A stretch of DNA of 64,000 nt from an uncultured Actinomycetota bacterium (GTDB lineage Bacteria > Actinomycetota > Actinomycetes > Mycobacteriales > SCTD01), in the NCBI GenBank assembly GCA_963815615.1, contig CAWFHF010000007.1:307139-371138 (forward strand), written 5' to 3'. Within the stretch, counting starts at the first letter, position 1. Each line of letters begins with the position of its first letter. The notes below the pieces were generated by a model. That model saw only the letters and a program-made list of their open reading frames with translations, ran no database searches and had not been told where the DNA came from. The position numbers and the translations under genes were made by a program. Of the stretch, positions 8,438 through 19,689 are shown in pieces.

Positions 8438-11420
8438 GACCAGAAGACCCTCTCGACGACGGCGCGGGAACGGCGGGTGGCGCGACGGTAGTCCTCGAGC
8501 AGGTCGGCGTGCGCGCCGGCCGGGTAGCCCAGCGCGCGGGCCGTGCCGGCCAGCTCGCGGCCGCTCTGGGGCAGCGACGGCGTCGCCTTCCCGCGCACCA
8601 GCACCTGCACGTCGCGCACCCGGGAGGCCAGCGACCAGGCGCGCGCGAGCACCTCGGCGTCGTCGGGGTCGAGCAGGCCGGCGTCGCGGGCGGCGGCGAG
8701 CGCGGGCAGCGTGCGCGTCGTCCGCAGGGCCTGCACGGCGTGCGCGTGCTGCAGCTGCAGCAGCTGCACGGTCCACTCGACGTCGCTGATCCCGCCGGGC
8801 CCGAGCTTGGGCACGAGCCCGGGCGTCGGCGCCGCGGGGCATGCGCTCCTTCTCGACGCGCGCCTTGATGCGCCGGACCTCCGCGACCTGCTCCGGGGCG
8901 AGCCCGCCCGCCGGGTAGCGGACGGGGTCGACCAGCCGGACGAAGGCGTCCGCGAGGTCGGCGTCGCCCGCGAGCGGCGCGGCCCGCAGCAGCGCCTGCG
9001 CCTCCCAGACCTGCGACCAGCGCGCGTAGTAGGCGCCGTACGACGCCAGGCTCCGGCTCAGCGGGCCCTGCTTGCCCTCGGGCCGCAGGTCGGCGTCGAC
9101 GACCAGCGGCGGGTCGGGCGCGGGCAGGGCGAGCAGCCGCCGGAGCTCGTGCGCGACGTCGTGCGCGGTGCTCGCCGCGTCGTGCTCGCTCGTGCCCGGC
9201 AGCGCCTCGTGGACGAACAGGACGTCGGCGTCGCTGCCGTAGCCCTGCTCCCCGCCGCCGAGCCGCCCCATGGCGACGACGGCCAGCCGCACCGGCAGGG
9301 CGGCCCGCCGCTCGGCCTCGACCTTGTGCACCGCCGTCGCCAGGGCCGCGCCGACGGTGGCGGCGGCGACGTCGGACAGCGCCCGCCCGACGACGTCGGG
9401 GGCGGCCAGCCCGAGCAGGTCCGCGCAGGCGACCCGGAGCAGCTCCTGGCGGCGCAGGCCGCGGGCCGCCGCGACCGCGCCCTCCCAGTCGTCGCGCCGG
9501 CGGACCGCGCCGACGAAGACGGCCTCCAGCACCTCGCGCGACCGCGGCACCAGCTCCTCGTCGTCGCCCGAGCAGCTTCACGCCCTCGGGGGCCCGGCCC
9601 AGCAGGTCGGCGACGTAGCGCGAGGAGGCCAGCAGCCGGGCCAGCCGCTCGGCCGCCTGCCCCTCGTCGCGCAGCAGCCGCAGGTACCAGGGGGTGGAGC
9701 CGAGGGCGTCGGACACCTGCCGGAAGGCCAGCAGCCCGGCGTCGGGGTCGGCGGCGCCGGCGAACCAGCCGAGCATCGCCGGCAGCAGCGTCTGCTGGAT
9801 GGCGGCCCGCCGCGACACCCCCTCGGTCAGCGCCTCCAGGTGGCGCAGCGCGACGGCGGGCTGCTCGAAGCCGAGCGCCTCCAGCCGGGCCCGGGCCGCC
9901 CCGGGCGTGAGCCGGACGGCGTCGCCGGGCAGCCGGGCGACCGCGTTGAGCAGCGGCCGGTAGAACAGCTTCTCGTGCAGGCGGCGCACCTCGTGGCCGT
10001 AGCCGGCGCGCTCGCGGGCGAACTGCGGCAGCACGTCGCCGGCCGCCGTCGGCCGGTAGCCGCAGGCCCGGGCCAGCCGGCGCAGCGCCGCCTCGTCGGA
10101 GGCCGGCGGCAGCAGGTGGGTGCGGCGCAGCCGGTGCAGCTGCAGCCGGTGCTCGACGGTCCGCAGCCAGCGGTAGGCCTCGGCCAGGTGCCGTGAGTCC
10201 TCGCGGCCGACGTAGCCGCCCGCGGCCAGCTGCTCCAGCGCGACCAGGGTGGTGCCGCTGCGCACGGACTCGTCGGCGCGGCCGTGCACCAGCTGCAGCA
10301 GCTGCACCGCGAACTCGATGTCGCGCAGCCCGCCGCGGCCGAGCTTGAGCTCGCGGTCGGCCTCGTCGCCCTTGAGGGTGCCCTCGACCCGCCGCCGCAT
10401 GGCCTGCACGTCCTCGACGAAGCCGGGCCGCTCGCCCGCGGCCCACACCATCGGGGCCAGCGCCTCGCGGTAGGCCCGCCCGAGCGCGGCGTCGCCGGCC
10501 GCGGGGCGCGCCTTGAGCAGCGCCTGGAACTCCCACGTCCGCGCCCAGCGGCGGTAGTAGGCGACGTGGCTGTCGAGGGTGCGGGTCAGCGGCCCGGCAC
10601 CGCCCTCGGGGCGCAGCCCGGCGTCGACCGGCCAGGCGACCTCGCCGCACACGCGCACCATCCCGCTGGCCAGCGCCGTGGCCGTCGCGAGGTCGCCCTC
10701 GTGGACGAACACGACGTCGACGTCGCTGACGTAGTTCAGCTCGCGGCCGCCCGTCTTGCCCATCGCGACGACGGCGAGCCGGTGCTCGGGCAGCTCGTCG
10801 GCCAGGCCGGCGCGGGCCACGGCCAGGCCCGCGGTCAGGGTCGCCGAGGCGAGGTCGGCCAGCTCGGCCGCGGCCTCGTCCACGCGCACCGCCCCGGACA
10901 GGTCGCGGGCGGCCAGCGCGAGCACGCAGCGGCGGTACTCCGTGCGCAGCCGCGCCAGCACCTCGGGCCCGCTCCCCTCGGCCCGCCCGACGCCGTCCGG
11001 TCCCGGCAGGTCCGACCCGACCGCGCCGAGCAGCCGGGCCTGCAGGCCGAGCAGGGTGGGGCGGGAGCCCGTCACGGCGTCGTCGGCGAGGTCGCGCCAG
11101 TGGTCGGGGTGCGCGGCCAGGTGGTCGCCGAGGGCCGCGCTCGCGCCGAGGACCGGCAGCAGCCGGGACCGCAGCCCCTCGTCGTCGCGCAGGGCCGGCA
11201 GCACGTCGGCCGCCCCCGCCTCGACCAGGCGCTCGAGCGCCGTCACGGCGAGGTCGGGGTCGGCGGTGTCGGCCAGCGCCGCGACCAGTCCCGCGTCGAC
11301 GGCCCCGCCGTCGTCCCACAGCCCGAGGACCCGCAGCGCCCGCTCCGCGGACGACGGCTCGGCGAACCCGAGGCGGACGACGGCGCCGACCCCGGAGCGG
11401 CGGCGGCCGGGGACGGTCAC
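8434..11420 (-). CDS. glnE: Glutamine synthetase adenylyltransferase / adenylyl-removing enzyme (frameshifts near 9570 and 8820)
   Basis: Two nucleotidyltransferase domains: AMGKTGGRELNYVSDVD...KLGRGGLRDIEF and AMGRLGGGEQGYGSDAD...KLGPGGISDVEW. Confidence 0.93.
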
Positions 11421-11881
11421 GGAGGCGCGGACAGGTCGAGCGCGTAGCAGCGGCAGCGCGGGTCGTCGGCGTACTGCCCGTACACCGGGATCGGCGTCCA
11501 CCCCTCGCTCTCGTACAGGGCGATCGCCTCCGGCTGCTCGAGGCCGGTCTGCAGCACCGCGCGGTCGACGCCCTGCTCGCGGGCGTGCGCGAGCAGGGCG
11601 CGGACCAGGGCGCGACCCAGGCCGCTGCCGCGGGCGGCGGGCGCGACGTAGACCTTCTTGAGCTCGGCGCCCTGGGCGTGCGGGCGGACGCCGCCGCAGG
11701 CGACGGGCTCGCCGTCGTCGTCGAGGGCGACGAGGAAGCGGCCCACCGGCGGGAGGAAGTCCTCGACGGCGCCCTCGCTCGGCACCGCGCCGGGGTAGCG
11801 CCGGTCCATGTCGGCCTGGTACTCGGCGAGCAGCCGCACCGCGCGCGGGTCGTCGAAGGCGACGGGCTCGAGCGCGGTCAT
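11417..11881 (-). CDS. GNAT family N-acetyltransferase
   Basis: AELKKVYVAPAARGSGLGRAL, LQTGLEQPEAIALYE. Confidence 0.88.
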   Translation of the reverse strand: MTALEPVAFDDPRAVRLLAEYQADMDRRYPGAVPSEGAVEDFLPPVGRFLVALDDDGEPVACGGVRPHAQGAELKKVYVAPAARGSGLGRALVRALLAHAREQGVDRAVLQTGLEQPEAIALYESEGWTPIPVYGQYADDPRCRCYALDLSAPP

Positions 11882-12642
11882 GCCAGCGGCAGCAGCCGGC
11901 GGCCCGGCTCCCGGCCGGACGCCAGCGCGGCGAAGCGCGCCAGGACCGGGCGCCACACCTCCTCGACCTCGGGCAGCTCGGCCACCGCGCGCTCGGCCAC
12001 CGCCTCCGGGTCCTGGCCGGCAGCACGCACGCCGTCGGCGTCCGAGGCCGCCCAGCCGCGCACCATCTCCGGCGGCGTCTCCAGGTGGAACTGCAGGCCC
12101 CACGCCCGGTCGCCGAGGCGGAACGCCTGGTGCGGGTACTTCGGGCTGCTGGCCAGCAGCACGGCGCGGGGCGGCAGCGAGGTGATGGCGTCCCAGTGCC
12201 ACTGCACGACGACGGGGCTCAGCGGCAGGTCCCAGAACAGCGGGTCCTCGCGGGCGGCGTCGCGGACGGCGACCAGGCGGGCGCCGAGCTCGGGGCCGTC
12301 CTCGCCGCGCTCGACGGTGCCGCCGGTGGCCTCGGCGAGCAGCTGCCCGCCGAGGCACACGCCCAGCACCGGCACGCGGTCCTCGACGGCGGCGGCCAGC
12401 AGCGCCTTGGTCTGCGCGAGCCACGGGGCGCTGGACTCGTCGTAGGCCTGCTGCGGCCCGCCCATCACGATGAGGGCGTCGTGGTCGGTCACGCGGTCGA
12501 GCAGGTCCTCGCCGTCCCAGGGGTTCACGACGTCGAGCTCGAGGCCGGCCGCGGGCAGCCAGGTGCCGAACGTCCCGACGTGCTCGGTCGGGCTGTGGGT
12601 GACGACGTACGCGCGGGCCGTCTCGTTCGCCACCGGGGTCAC
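11878..12642 (-). CDS. Class I glutamine amidotransferase-like protein
   Basis: MGGP, LGVCLGGQLLA, QWHWD, GLQFHLE (Cys-His-Glu triad). Confidence 0.88.
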   Translation of the reverse strand: MTPVANETARAYVVTHSPTEHVGTFGTWLPAAGLELDVVNPWDGEDLLDRVTDHDALIVMGGPQQAYDESSAPWLAQTKALLAAAVEDRVPVLGVCLGGQLLAEATGGTVERGEDGPELGARLVAVRDAAREDPLFWDLPLSPVVVQWHWDAITSLPPRAVLLASSPKYPHQAFRLGDRAWGLQFHLETPPEMVRGWAASDADGVRAAGQDPEAVAERAVAELPEVEEVWRPVLARFAALASGREPGRRLLPLA

Positions 12643-13976
12643 AGCACCGGGAGGTAGCGGCCGAGCTCGAACGCCGTGACCTCGCTGCGGTAGGCCCGCC
12701 ACTCCTCGCGCTTGTTGCGCAGGAAGAAGTCGAAGACGTGCTCGCCGAGCGTCTCGGCGACCAGCTCGCTCTTCTCCATCACGGCGATCGCCTCCGCCAG
12801 CGAGCTCGGCAGCGGGTCCATGCCCATGGCGCGCCGCTCCGGCTCCGACAGCGCCCACACGTCGTCCTCGGCGCCCGGGGGCAGGGGGTACTCCTGCTCG
12901 ACGCCCCTGAGCCCGGCGGCGAGCAGCAGGGCGAAGCACAGGTAGGGGTTGGTGGCGCTGTCGGGGCTGCGCACCTCGATGCGGGTCGAGCCGCTCTTGC
13001 TCGGCTTGTACATCGGCACGCGGACCAGGGCGCTGCGGTTGTTGCTGCCCCAGCAGACGTACGGCGGCGCCTCCCCGCCCGACACCAGGCGCTTGTAGGA
13101 GTTGACCCACTGGTTGGTGACGGCGGTGATCTCGGCGGCGTGGCGCAGCAGCCCGGCGATGAAGTGGCGGGCCACCTTGCTCAGGTGCAGCGGGTCGCTG
13201 CCGTCGAAGAAGGCGTTGGTGTCGCCCTCGAACAGCGACAGGTGGGTGTGCATCCCGCTGCCCGGCTGGTCGCTGAACGGCTTGGGCATGAAGGTGGCGT
13301 AGACGCCCTGCGACAGCGCGACCTCCTTGATGACGTGCCGGGTGGTGAGGATGTTGTCGGCGGTCGACAGGGCGTCGGCGTAGCGCAGGTCGATCTCCTG
13401 CTGCCCCGGAGCGACCTCGTGGTGGCTGAACTCCACCGAGATGCCCATGCGCTCGAGCATGGTGATGGCCTCGCGCCGGAAGTCCTGGCTGACGCCGTGC
13501 GGCGTGAGGTCGAAGTAGCCGCCGGAGTCGACCGGGACCGGCCGCTCCCCCGGCTCGGGCAGCGACTTGAGCAGGAAGAACTCGATCTCGGGGTGCGTGT
13601 AGAAGGTGAAGCCGGCGTCGGCCGCCCTGCTCAGCGCGCGCCGCAGCACGTGCCGCGGGTCGGCCCACGACGGCGTGCCGTCGGGCATCGTGATGTCGCA
13701 GAACATCCGCGCGGTCGCCCGCTCCTCGCTGCGCCACGGCAGCACCTGGAACGTCGTCGGGTCGGGCTGCGCGAGCATGTCCGACTCCTGCACGCGGGTG
13801 AAGCCCTCGATCGCCGAGCCGTCGAAGCCGAGCCCCTCGGCGAAGGCCCCCTCCAGCTCGGCCGGGGCGATGGCCACCGACTTCAGCGTGCCGAGCACGT
13901 CGGTGAACCACAGCCGGACGAACCGGATGTCGCGCTCCTCGAGCGTCCGGAGCACGAACTCCTGCTGCTTGTCCAC
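12639..13976 (-). CDS. glnA2: Type I glutamine synthetase-family enzyme, GlnA2 subfamily
   Basis: N-terminus DKQQEFVLRTLEERDIRFVRLWFTD; HHEVAPGQQEID, MPKP, GSGMHTH; GGAGGAG RBS. Confidence 0.93.
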   Translation of the reverse strand: MDKQQEFVLRTLEERDIRFVRLWFTDVLGTLKSVAIAPAELEGAFAEGLGFDGSAIEGFTRVQESDMLAQPDPTTFQVLPWRSEERATARMFCDITMPDGTPSWADPRHVLRRALSRAADAGFTFYTHPEIEFFLLKSLPEPGERPVPVDSGGYFDLTPHGVSQDFRREAITMLERMGISVEFSHHEVAPGQQEIDLRYADALSTADNILTTRHVIKEVALSQGVYATFMPKPFSDQPGSGMHTHLSLFEGDTNAFFDGSDPLHLSKVARHFIAGLLRHAAEITAVTNQWVNSYKRLVSGGEAPPYVCWGSNNRSALVRVPMYKPSKSGSTRIEVRSPDSATNPYLCFALLLAAGLRGVEQEYPLPPGAEDDVWALSEPERRAMGMDPLPSSLAEAIAVMEKSELVAETLGEHVFDFFLRNKREEWRAYRSEVTAFELGRYLPVL

Positions 13977-14100
13977 GACGCGTCTCCTCCCCGGTCGAGC
14001 GGCCTGGCGGGCAGCCGCCACGCTATCCGCCGCCGCCTCCCCCTGCCGCCGGACGCGCGGGGTCCCCCACGCACGCCCGGTCGCCGCTAGCGTCCGGCCC

Positions 14101-14553
14101 GTGCCCCGCCGCAGCGTCCTCGCCGTCGTCGTCGTGCTCGCCGTCCTCGCCGTCGGCGGGGTGGGCTTCGCGCTGTTCGAGCGCCACGAGCGGGGCGGGC
14201 TGGTGGCGAAGTCCGAGCGCGCCTGCGGCGGGCTCGACGAGCCCGAGGACGGTGTTCCGGCGTCGCTGCCGCTGGGCCTGCCGCTGCCGTCCGGGGGCAC
14301 GATCCTGGAGGTCACCGAGCAGGGCTCGACGTCGGTGGCGTTCGTGTCCGTCGAGGGCGGGCGCGAGGACCTCGTGGACGTCCGCGACGACGTCCTGGCC
14401 GACCTGAAGGCCGTCGGCTACGAGACGGTCGGGACGGACCAGGAGCCCGGCTACGAGGCCGAGGCCGAGGTCGGCGGCGTGCACGAGGGGACCGTCAAGG
14501 TGTCGCCGCTGTGCGAGGGCCTGATCCAGGTCCGCTACGCCGTCAGCAGCTGA
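14101..14553 (+). CDS. Membrane-anchored or secreted hypothetical protein
   Basis: N-terminal hydrophobic helix, two Cys; GTG 7 nt after TAGCGT -10. Confidence 0.65.
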   Translation: MPRRSVLAVVVVLAVLAVGGVGFALFERHERGGLVAKSERACGGLDEPEDGVPASLPLGLPLPSGGTILEVTEQGSTSVAFVSVEGGREDLVDVRDDVLADLKAVGYETVGTDQEPGYEAEAEVGGVHEGTVKVSPLCEGLIQVRYAVSS

Positions 14554-14565
14554 CGGGCCTGCCGG

Positions 14566-15471
14566 TCACAGGCCCTTGCGCAGGCCCTCGGCCACGCCGC
14601 TGACCGCGCTGGCGATGTCGCTGGGCACGAACCACACCTTGTTCGCCGTCCCGTCCGCGAGCCGCGGCAGCAGCTGCAGGCGCTGGTAGTCGAGCACCTG
14701 CTGGTCGACGCCGGCGTCCTTGATCGCCTGCACGACCTTGGCGATCGCCTGGGCCTCGCCGTCGGCGCGCAGCAGGGCGGCCTCGCGCTCGGCCTGGGCG
14801 TCCAGGATCCGGGCCTCCTTGGCCGCCTCGGCGCGCAGCACCGCCGCCCGCTTCTCGCCCTCGGCCGACAGCACGGCGCTCTGCTGGTTGCCCTCGGCGG
14901 TGAGGATCGCGGCGCGCTTGCCGCGGTCGGCGCGCATGGCCTGCTCCATGGCGTCGCGGATGGTGGCCGGCGGCTCGATGCCGCGGATCTCGACGCGGTT
15001 GACCTTGATGCCCCACTTGCCGGTGGCCTCGTCGAGCACGACCGCCAGCAGGCTGTTGATGCGGTCGCGGCCGGTGAGCGCCTCCTCGAGCTGCATGCCG
15101 CCGATGACGTTGCGCAGCGTCGTCACGACCAGCTGCTCGATGGCGGCGACGTAGTTCTCGATCGCGTAGGTCGCCGCCGACGGGTCGGTGATGGAGAAGT
15201 ACAGGACGCTGTCGACGCCGACCCCGAGGTTGTCCTTGGTGATGACGCCCTGCGGCGGGAAGCCGACGACCTGCTCGCGCACGTCCAGCTTCACCCGCAC
15301 CTTGTCGAGCACGGGGACCAGCAGGTTCAGGCCGGGCTGCAGGGTGCGGCTGTAGCGGCCCAGGCGCTCGACGACGTAGACCGACGCCTGCGGCACCACC
15401 TTGACGGTCGAGGTCACGAACAGGACCACGACGCCCAGCAGCAGGACGAGCAGGACGGCTCCGGCAGTCAC
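14566..15471 (-). CDS. SPFH/stomatin-like (band 7) membrane protein
   Basis: VVERLGRY, QGVITKDN, TTLRNVIG, WGIKVNRVE. Confidence 0.92.
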   Translation of the reverse strand: MTAGAVLLVLLLGVVVLFVTSTVKVVPQASVYVVERLGRYSRTLQPGLNLLVPVLDKVRVKLDVREQVVGFPPQGVITKDNLGVGVDSVLYFSITDPSAATYAIENYVAAIEQLVVTTLRNVIGGMQLEEALTGRDRINSLLAVVLDEATGKWGIKVNRVEIRGIEPPATIRDAMEQAMRADRGKRAAILTAEGNQQSAVLSAEGEKRAAVLRAEAAKEARILDAQAEREAALLRADGEAQAIAKVVQAIKDAGVDQQVLDYQRLQLLPRLADGTANKVWFVPSDIASAVSGVAEGLRKGL

Positions 15472-15911
15472 GGGGACTCCTCGAGGTAGGGGTGGACGGA
15501 GACGGTGGCACCGCTGACGGCGCCGATCCAGACCGACGCGCCGACGGGCACGACCGAGCCGGGCAGGGCGGGCCGGGCGGTCCAGAGCTCGCCGTGGACG
15601 CGGACCTGGCCGCCCTCGTCGGAGACCTCCTGCACGACGACGGCGGTGATCCCCTCGAGCGCCTGCCCGGGGTCGTTGGGGCGGCCCCGGACCTCCAGGT
15701 GCCGGCGGGCCACGGGTCGCACCACCCCGAGCATCACGGCGGTGGTGGCCGTGGCGACGACGAGCTGCAGCAGGACGGGCGCCCCCGCGACCGCGGCGAG
15801 CAGGCCGGCCAGCGCCCCGGCGGCGAGCATCCCGGCCGTCAGGTCGAGCGTGAACAGCTCCAGCACGGCGAGCACCGCCGCCACCGCTCCCCACACCACC
15901 CGGTCGTCCAC
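15468..15911 (-). CDS. NfeD-like partner of the SPFH protein
   Basis: TM helices plus [14 protein letters not shown]-fold; coupled to the SPFH gene. Confidence 0.88.
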   Translation of the reverse strand: MDDRVVWGAVAAVLAVLELFTLDLTAGMLAAGALAGLLAAVAGAPVLLQLVVATATTAVMLGVVRPVARRHLEVRGRPNDPGQALEGITAVVVQEVSDEGGQVRVHGELWTARPALPGSVVPVGASVWIGAVSGATVSVHPYLEESP

Positions 15912-15991
15912 GTGCCCATCTTGACGTGCAGGGCGCCGTTGCGTGGGCAAGCACCTGGGAGACACCGGCAGACACCCCCCCTTGGAGCAGC

Positions 15992-16865
15992 GTGACCACC
16001 TCGACCAGCCCCGTCGCCCAGAGCGGCACCTTCACCCTCGGCGCCACCGACGGCCTCACCGTCCACCGGCTCGGCTTCGGCGCCATGCGCATCGTCGGCA
16101 AGGGCGTGTGGGGCGAGCCCGCCGACCGCGAGACCGCCCGCCAGGTCGTGCGCCGCGCCGTCGAGCTGGGCGTCGACCTCATCGACACCGCCGACAGCTA
16201 CGGCCCGTTCATCAGCGAGGACATCATCCGCGAGGCCATCGCGCCGTACGGCGACGTCGTCGTCGCGACCAAGGGCGGGCTGCTGCGCACCGGCCCCGAC
16301 GTGTGGCCGCAGTGCGGGCGCCCCGACTACCTGCGCCAGTGCGTCGAGATGAGCCTGCGCCGCCTCGACGTCGAGCGCATCGACCTGTGGCAGCTGCACC
16401 GCATCGACCCGACCGTCCCCGCCGAGGAGCAGTTCGGCGTGATGAAGGAGGTGCAGGACGCCGGCAAGGTCCGCCACCTGGGCCTGTCGGAGGTCTCGGT
16501 CGCCGACATCGAGGCCGCCCGCAAGGTGATCGACGTCGTGTCGGTGCAGAACCTCTACAACCTCGGGAACCGGCAGTCCGAGGAGGTCCTCACCTACTGC
16601 GAGGCCAACGGGATCGCCTTCATCCCCTGGTTCCCCCTCGACGCCGGGAAGCTGGCCAAGGAGGGCAGCGTGCTGGACGAGATCGCCAAGGACCACGACG
16701 CCTCGCACGGCCAGCTCGCGCTGGCCTGGCTGCTCAAGCGCTCCCCCGTCGTGCTGCCGATCCCGGGCACCGGCTCGGTGGCGCACGTCGAGGAGAACTG
16801 CGCGGCCGCCGAGGTCGACCCTCACCGACGAGGAGTTCGAGCGCCTGTCGGCCGCCGGCTCCTGA
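15992..16865 (+). CDS. Aldo/keto reductase (frameshift near 16820)
   Basis: [28 protein letters not shown]; natural end [14 protein letters not shown] in the shifted frame. Confidence 0.9.
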
Positions 16866-16908
16866 GCCCGAGGGGGAACCGGCGCGCCGGCCGGCACGTC
16901 CGACCGGC

Positions 16909-17748
16909 ATGAGGCGCCTGTTCCCCCTCCTGCTCCTGCTGGCCCTGCCCGCGTGCGGCGGCGGCGGCGAGCAGCCGCTGCGGGTGGCGGCCCCGTCGGC
17001 GTCGCCCGCGGGGGGCGCGCCCGTCCTGCAGCTGACGGGCCGGTGCTACGGCGCGTGCGCCTTCGTCGACCCGCTCGGGCTGCCCGCCCGGGTGCTCTAC
17101 GCCGACGGCACGGTCGTCGCCGCCGAGCACACGGGGCCCGACCCCGTCGCGACGCTGCGGCGCGGGCAGGCCGACCCCGCGCGGGTGCGGGACCTGGTCG
17201 CCCTCGCCCGCCGCGCGGGGCTCGACGTCGGCGGCGAGAGCACGCTGACCTACCCCGACGGGCCCTTCTTCGCCGACGGCGGCGGCGACGTCCTGACCGG
17301 CCGGCTCGACGGGCGCACCACCACGGTCGAGTCCCCGCAGTCCTACGACGCCGCCCTCGACGGCTCCAGCAGCGACCCCGAGCAGCGCCGGCTGCTGCGC
17401 GAGCTGGCCGAGGCGCTGCGCGCCCTGCCGGCCGGCGAGCCCTACGACGCCGACGGCGTGGTGCTCCGGGCCGAGCCCGCCGGGGAGTCGGCGTCCGACG
17501 GCGGTGCCTGGACCGGACCGGCGCTCGCCGACCTGCCCGCCGACGGCGCGGCCCGCTGCGCGGTGCTGACCGGCCCGGAGGCCGCCCGGGCTCTGGAGGC
17601 GGTCGCGCAGGACGGCTTCCCGACCGTGCACACCGACGGCGGCCGGCGCTGGTCGGTGCAGGCCCGGCCGGTGCTCCCGCACGAGCGGACCTGCACCGAC
17701 GTCGCCGGCACCGTGGCCGCCGCCGACGCCGGCACCGCCCGTCCCTAG
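16909..17748 (+). CDS. Lipoprotein of unknown function
   Basis: [16 protein letters not shown] lipobox. Confidence 0.72.
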   Translation: MRRLFPLLLLLALPACGGGGEQPLRVAAPSASPAGGAPVLQLTGRCYGACAFVDPLGLPARVLYADGTVVAAEHTGPDPVATLRRGQADPARVRDLVALARRAGLDVGGESTLTYPDGPFFADGGGDVLTGRLDGRTTTVESPQSYDAALDGSSSDPEQRRLLRELAEALRALPAGEPYDADGVVLRAEPAGESASDGGAWTGPALADLPADGAARCAVLTGPEAARALEAVAQDGFPTVHTDGGRRWSVQARPVLPHERTCTDVAGTVAAADAGTARP

Positions 17749-17784
17749 TTCGCGTCGACCTGACGAGAACAAGTACGGTGGGGC

Positions 17785-19584
17785 ATGGCCCAGCTGCGCA
17801 CCGGACTCGCCCAGGTCGACGCCGTGGTGGGCGACCTGCCCGGCAACGCCGACCTCGTCAGCAGCTGGACCCGCCGGGCCGTCGAGGCCGGCTGCCACCT
17901 GGTCGTCTTCCCCGAGATGGTCCTCACCGGCTACCCCGCCGAGGACCTCGTGCTGCGCCGGTCGTTCGTGCAGGCCAGCCTCGACGCGCTGGAGGCGCTC
18001 GCCGTCCGGCTGCAGCAGGAGGGCGCGGGCGAGGTCGCCGTCGTCGTCGGGTACTGCGGGCGCACCGAGCAGCCCGCGCCCGCCCTCGGGCGGCCGGCGG
18101 GCGAGCCGCAGAACAGCGTCGGCGTGCTGTTCGGCGGGCGCGTCGTCGCCCGCTACGCCAAGCACCACCTGCCGAACTACGGCGTGTTCGACGAGTTCCG
18201 CTACTTCGTGCGCGGCGACCGCTTCCCCGTCGTCCGGCTGCACGGGGTCGACGTCGGGCTGACCGTCTGCGAGGACCTGTGGCAGGAGGGCGGGCCGGTC
18301 ACGGTCGCCCGCACCGCCGGCACCGGGCTGCTGGTCTGCCTCAACGGCTCCCCCTACGAGCGGGGCAAGGACGACGTCCGCGGGGCGCTCACCGCCCGGC
18401 GCGCCCGCGAGGCCGGCTGCGCGCTCGCCTACGTCAACCTCGTCGGCGGGCAGGACGAGCTCGTCTTCGACGGCGACAGCCACGTCGCCACCGCCGACGG
18501 CACGCTCGTCGCCCGCGCGCCGCTGTGGGAGGAGGGGCTCGTCGTCGTCGACCTCGACCTGCCGGCCCAGACCCTCACGGCCACGGGTCCGGTCGACGCC
18601 GGCGACGGCTCCACGATGACCGTGGAGCACGTCGTGCTGTCCGAGCAGGTGCTGCCGGCCTACGACCCGCTCGTGCCCGGCGTCGCGGCCCCGCTGCCCG
18701 ACGAGGCCGAGGTGTGGGGCGCGCTGGTCACCGCCACCCGCGACTACGTCCGCAAGAACGGGTTCCGCAGCGTCGTGCTCGGCCTGTCCGGCGGCATCGA
18801 CAGCGCCGTCGTCGCGACGGTCGCCGCCGACGCCCTCGGCCCCGACGCCGTGCACGTGGTCGGGATGCCGAGCACCTGGAGCAGCGACCACAGCATCAGC
18901 GACGCCGAGGACCTCGCCCGCCGGCAGGGGCTGCACTGGTCGGTCGTGCCGATCGCGCCCATGGTCGACGCCTACACGTCCAGCGTGGAGCTCACCGGCC
19001 TGGCGCTGGAGAACCTGCAGGCGCGGGTGCGCGGCACGCTGCTCATGGCGCTGTCCAACGAGCACGGCCACCTGGTGCTCGTCACCGGCAACAAGAGCGA
19101 GCTGGCCACCGGCTTCTCCACCCTCTACGGCGACTCCGCCGGCGGGTTCGCGCCCATCAAGGACGTGCCGAAGTCGCTGGTGTGGGCGCTCGCCCGCTGG
19201 CGCAACACGCAGGGCACCTCGGGCGACTGGGTCATCCCGCCGAACAGCATCAGCAAGCCCCCCAGCGCCGAGCTCGCGCCCGGGCAGGTCGACAGCGACC
19301 GCCTGCCGCCCTACGACGTGCTGGACGCCCTGCTGGACGCCTACGTCGAGCAGGACCGCGGCCGCGACGAGCTGCTGGCCGCCGGCTTCGAGGCCGAGAC
19401 CGTCGACCGCGTGGTGAAGCTGGTCGACGCCGCCGAGTACAAGCGCCGCCAGAGCGCCCCCGGGCCCAAGGTCACCGGACGCGCGTTCGGCCGCGACCGG
19501 AGGCTGCCGATCACCTCGCGCTGGCGCGAGCAGGCGGCGCCGACGGCGGCCGAGCCGGAGCAGGCGCACCCCGAGTCCTCGTGA
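17785..19584 (+). CDS. nadE: Glutamine-dependent NAD+ synthetase
   Basis: Nitrilase domain (FPE, KHHLPNYGVFDE, CEDLW) plus GLSGGIDS and ENLQARVRG. Confidence 0.96.
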   Translation: MAQLRTGLAQVDAVVGDLPGNADLVSSWTRRAVEAGCHLVVFPEMVLTGYPAEDLVLRRSFVQASLDALEALAVRLQQEGAGEVAVVVGYCGRTEQPAPALGRPAGEPQNSVGVLFGGRVVARYAKHHLPNYGVFDEFRYFVRGDRFPVVRLHGVDVGLTVCEDLWQEGGPVTVARTAGTGLLVCLNGSPYERGKDDVRGALTARRAREAGCALAYVNLVGGQDELVFDGDSHVATADGTLVARAPLWEEGLVVVDLDLPAQTLTATGPVDAGDGSTMTVEHVVLSEQVLPAYDPLVPGVAAPLPDEAEVWGALVTATRDYVRKNGFRSVVLGLSGGIDSAVVATVAADALGPDAVHVVGMPSTWSSDHSISDAEDLARRQGLHWSVVPIAPMVDAYTSSVELTGLALENLQARVRGTLLMALSNEHGHLVLVTGNKSELATGFSTLYGDSAGGFAPIKDVPKSLVWALARWRNTQGTSGDWVIPPNSISKPPSAELAPGQVDSDRLPPYDVLDALLDAYVEQDRGRDELLAAGFEAETVDRVVKLVDAAEYKRRQSAPGPKVTGRAFGRDRRLPITSRWREQAAPTAAEPEQAHPESS

Positions 19585-19644
19585 GCCGGCCGTGTGACAC
19601 AGCAGACAGCCCTACCGCCCGGTAGCGGTGCGACGCTGGACGGA

Positions 19645-19672
19645 CCCGGGGACCCGGCCGAGGGCCTCGAGG
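19645..19672 (+). ncRNA. Candidate pan-motif-like leader hairpin with two bulged adenosines
   Basis: CC-CGGGG-A-CCC / GGG-CCTCG-A-GG stem, 4 nt before the panB GAGGAG RBS. Confidence 0.45.
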
Positions 19673-19689
19673 ACGCGAGGAGCACCCGC

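Noticed and set aside
7488..12026. Very long ORFs suggesting giant proteins or fusions (also 25676-29758, 27091-31608, 50791-54738)
   Set aside because: Arg/Pro/Ala-rich shadow frames caused by stop-codon scarcity at high GC, or real genes joined through frameshifts.
19593..19608. CRP/GlxR-like site TGTGA-N6-AGACA before panB
   Set aside because: The second half-site has two mismatches and there is no further support.
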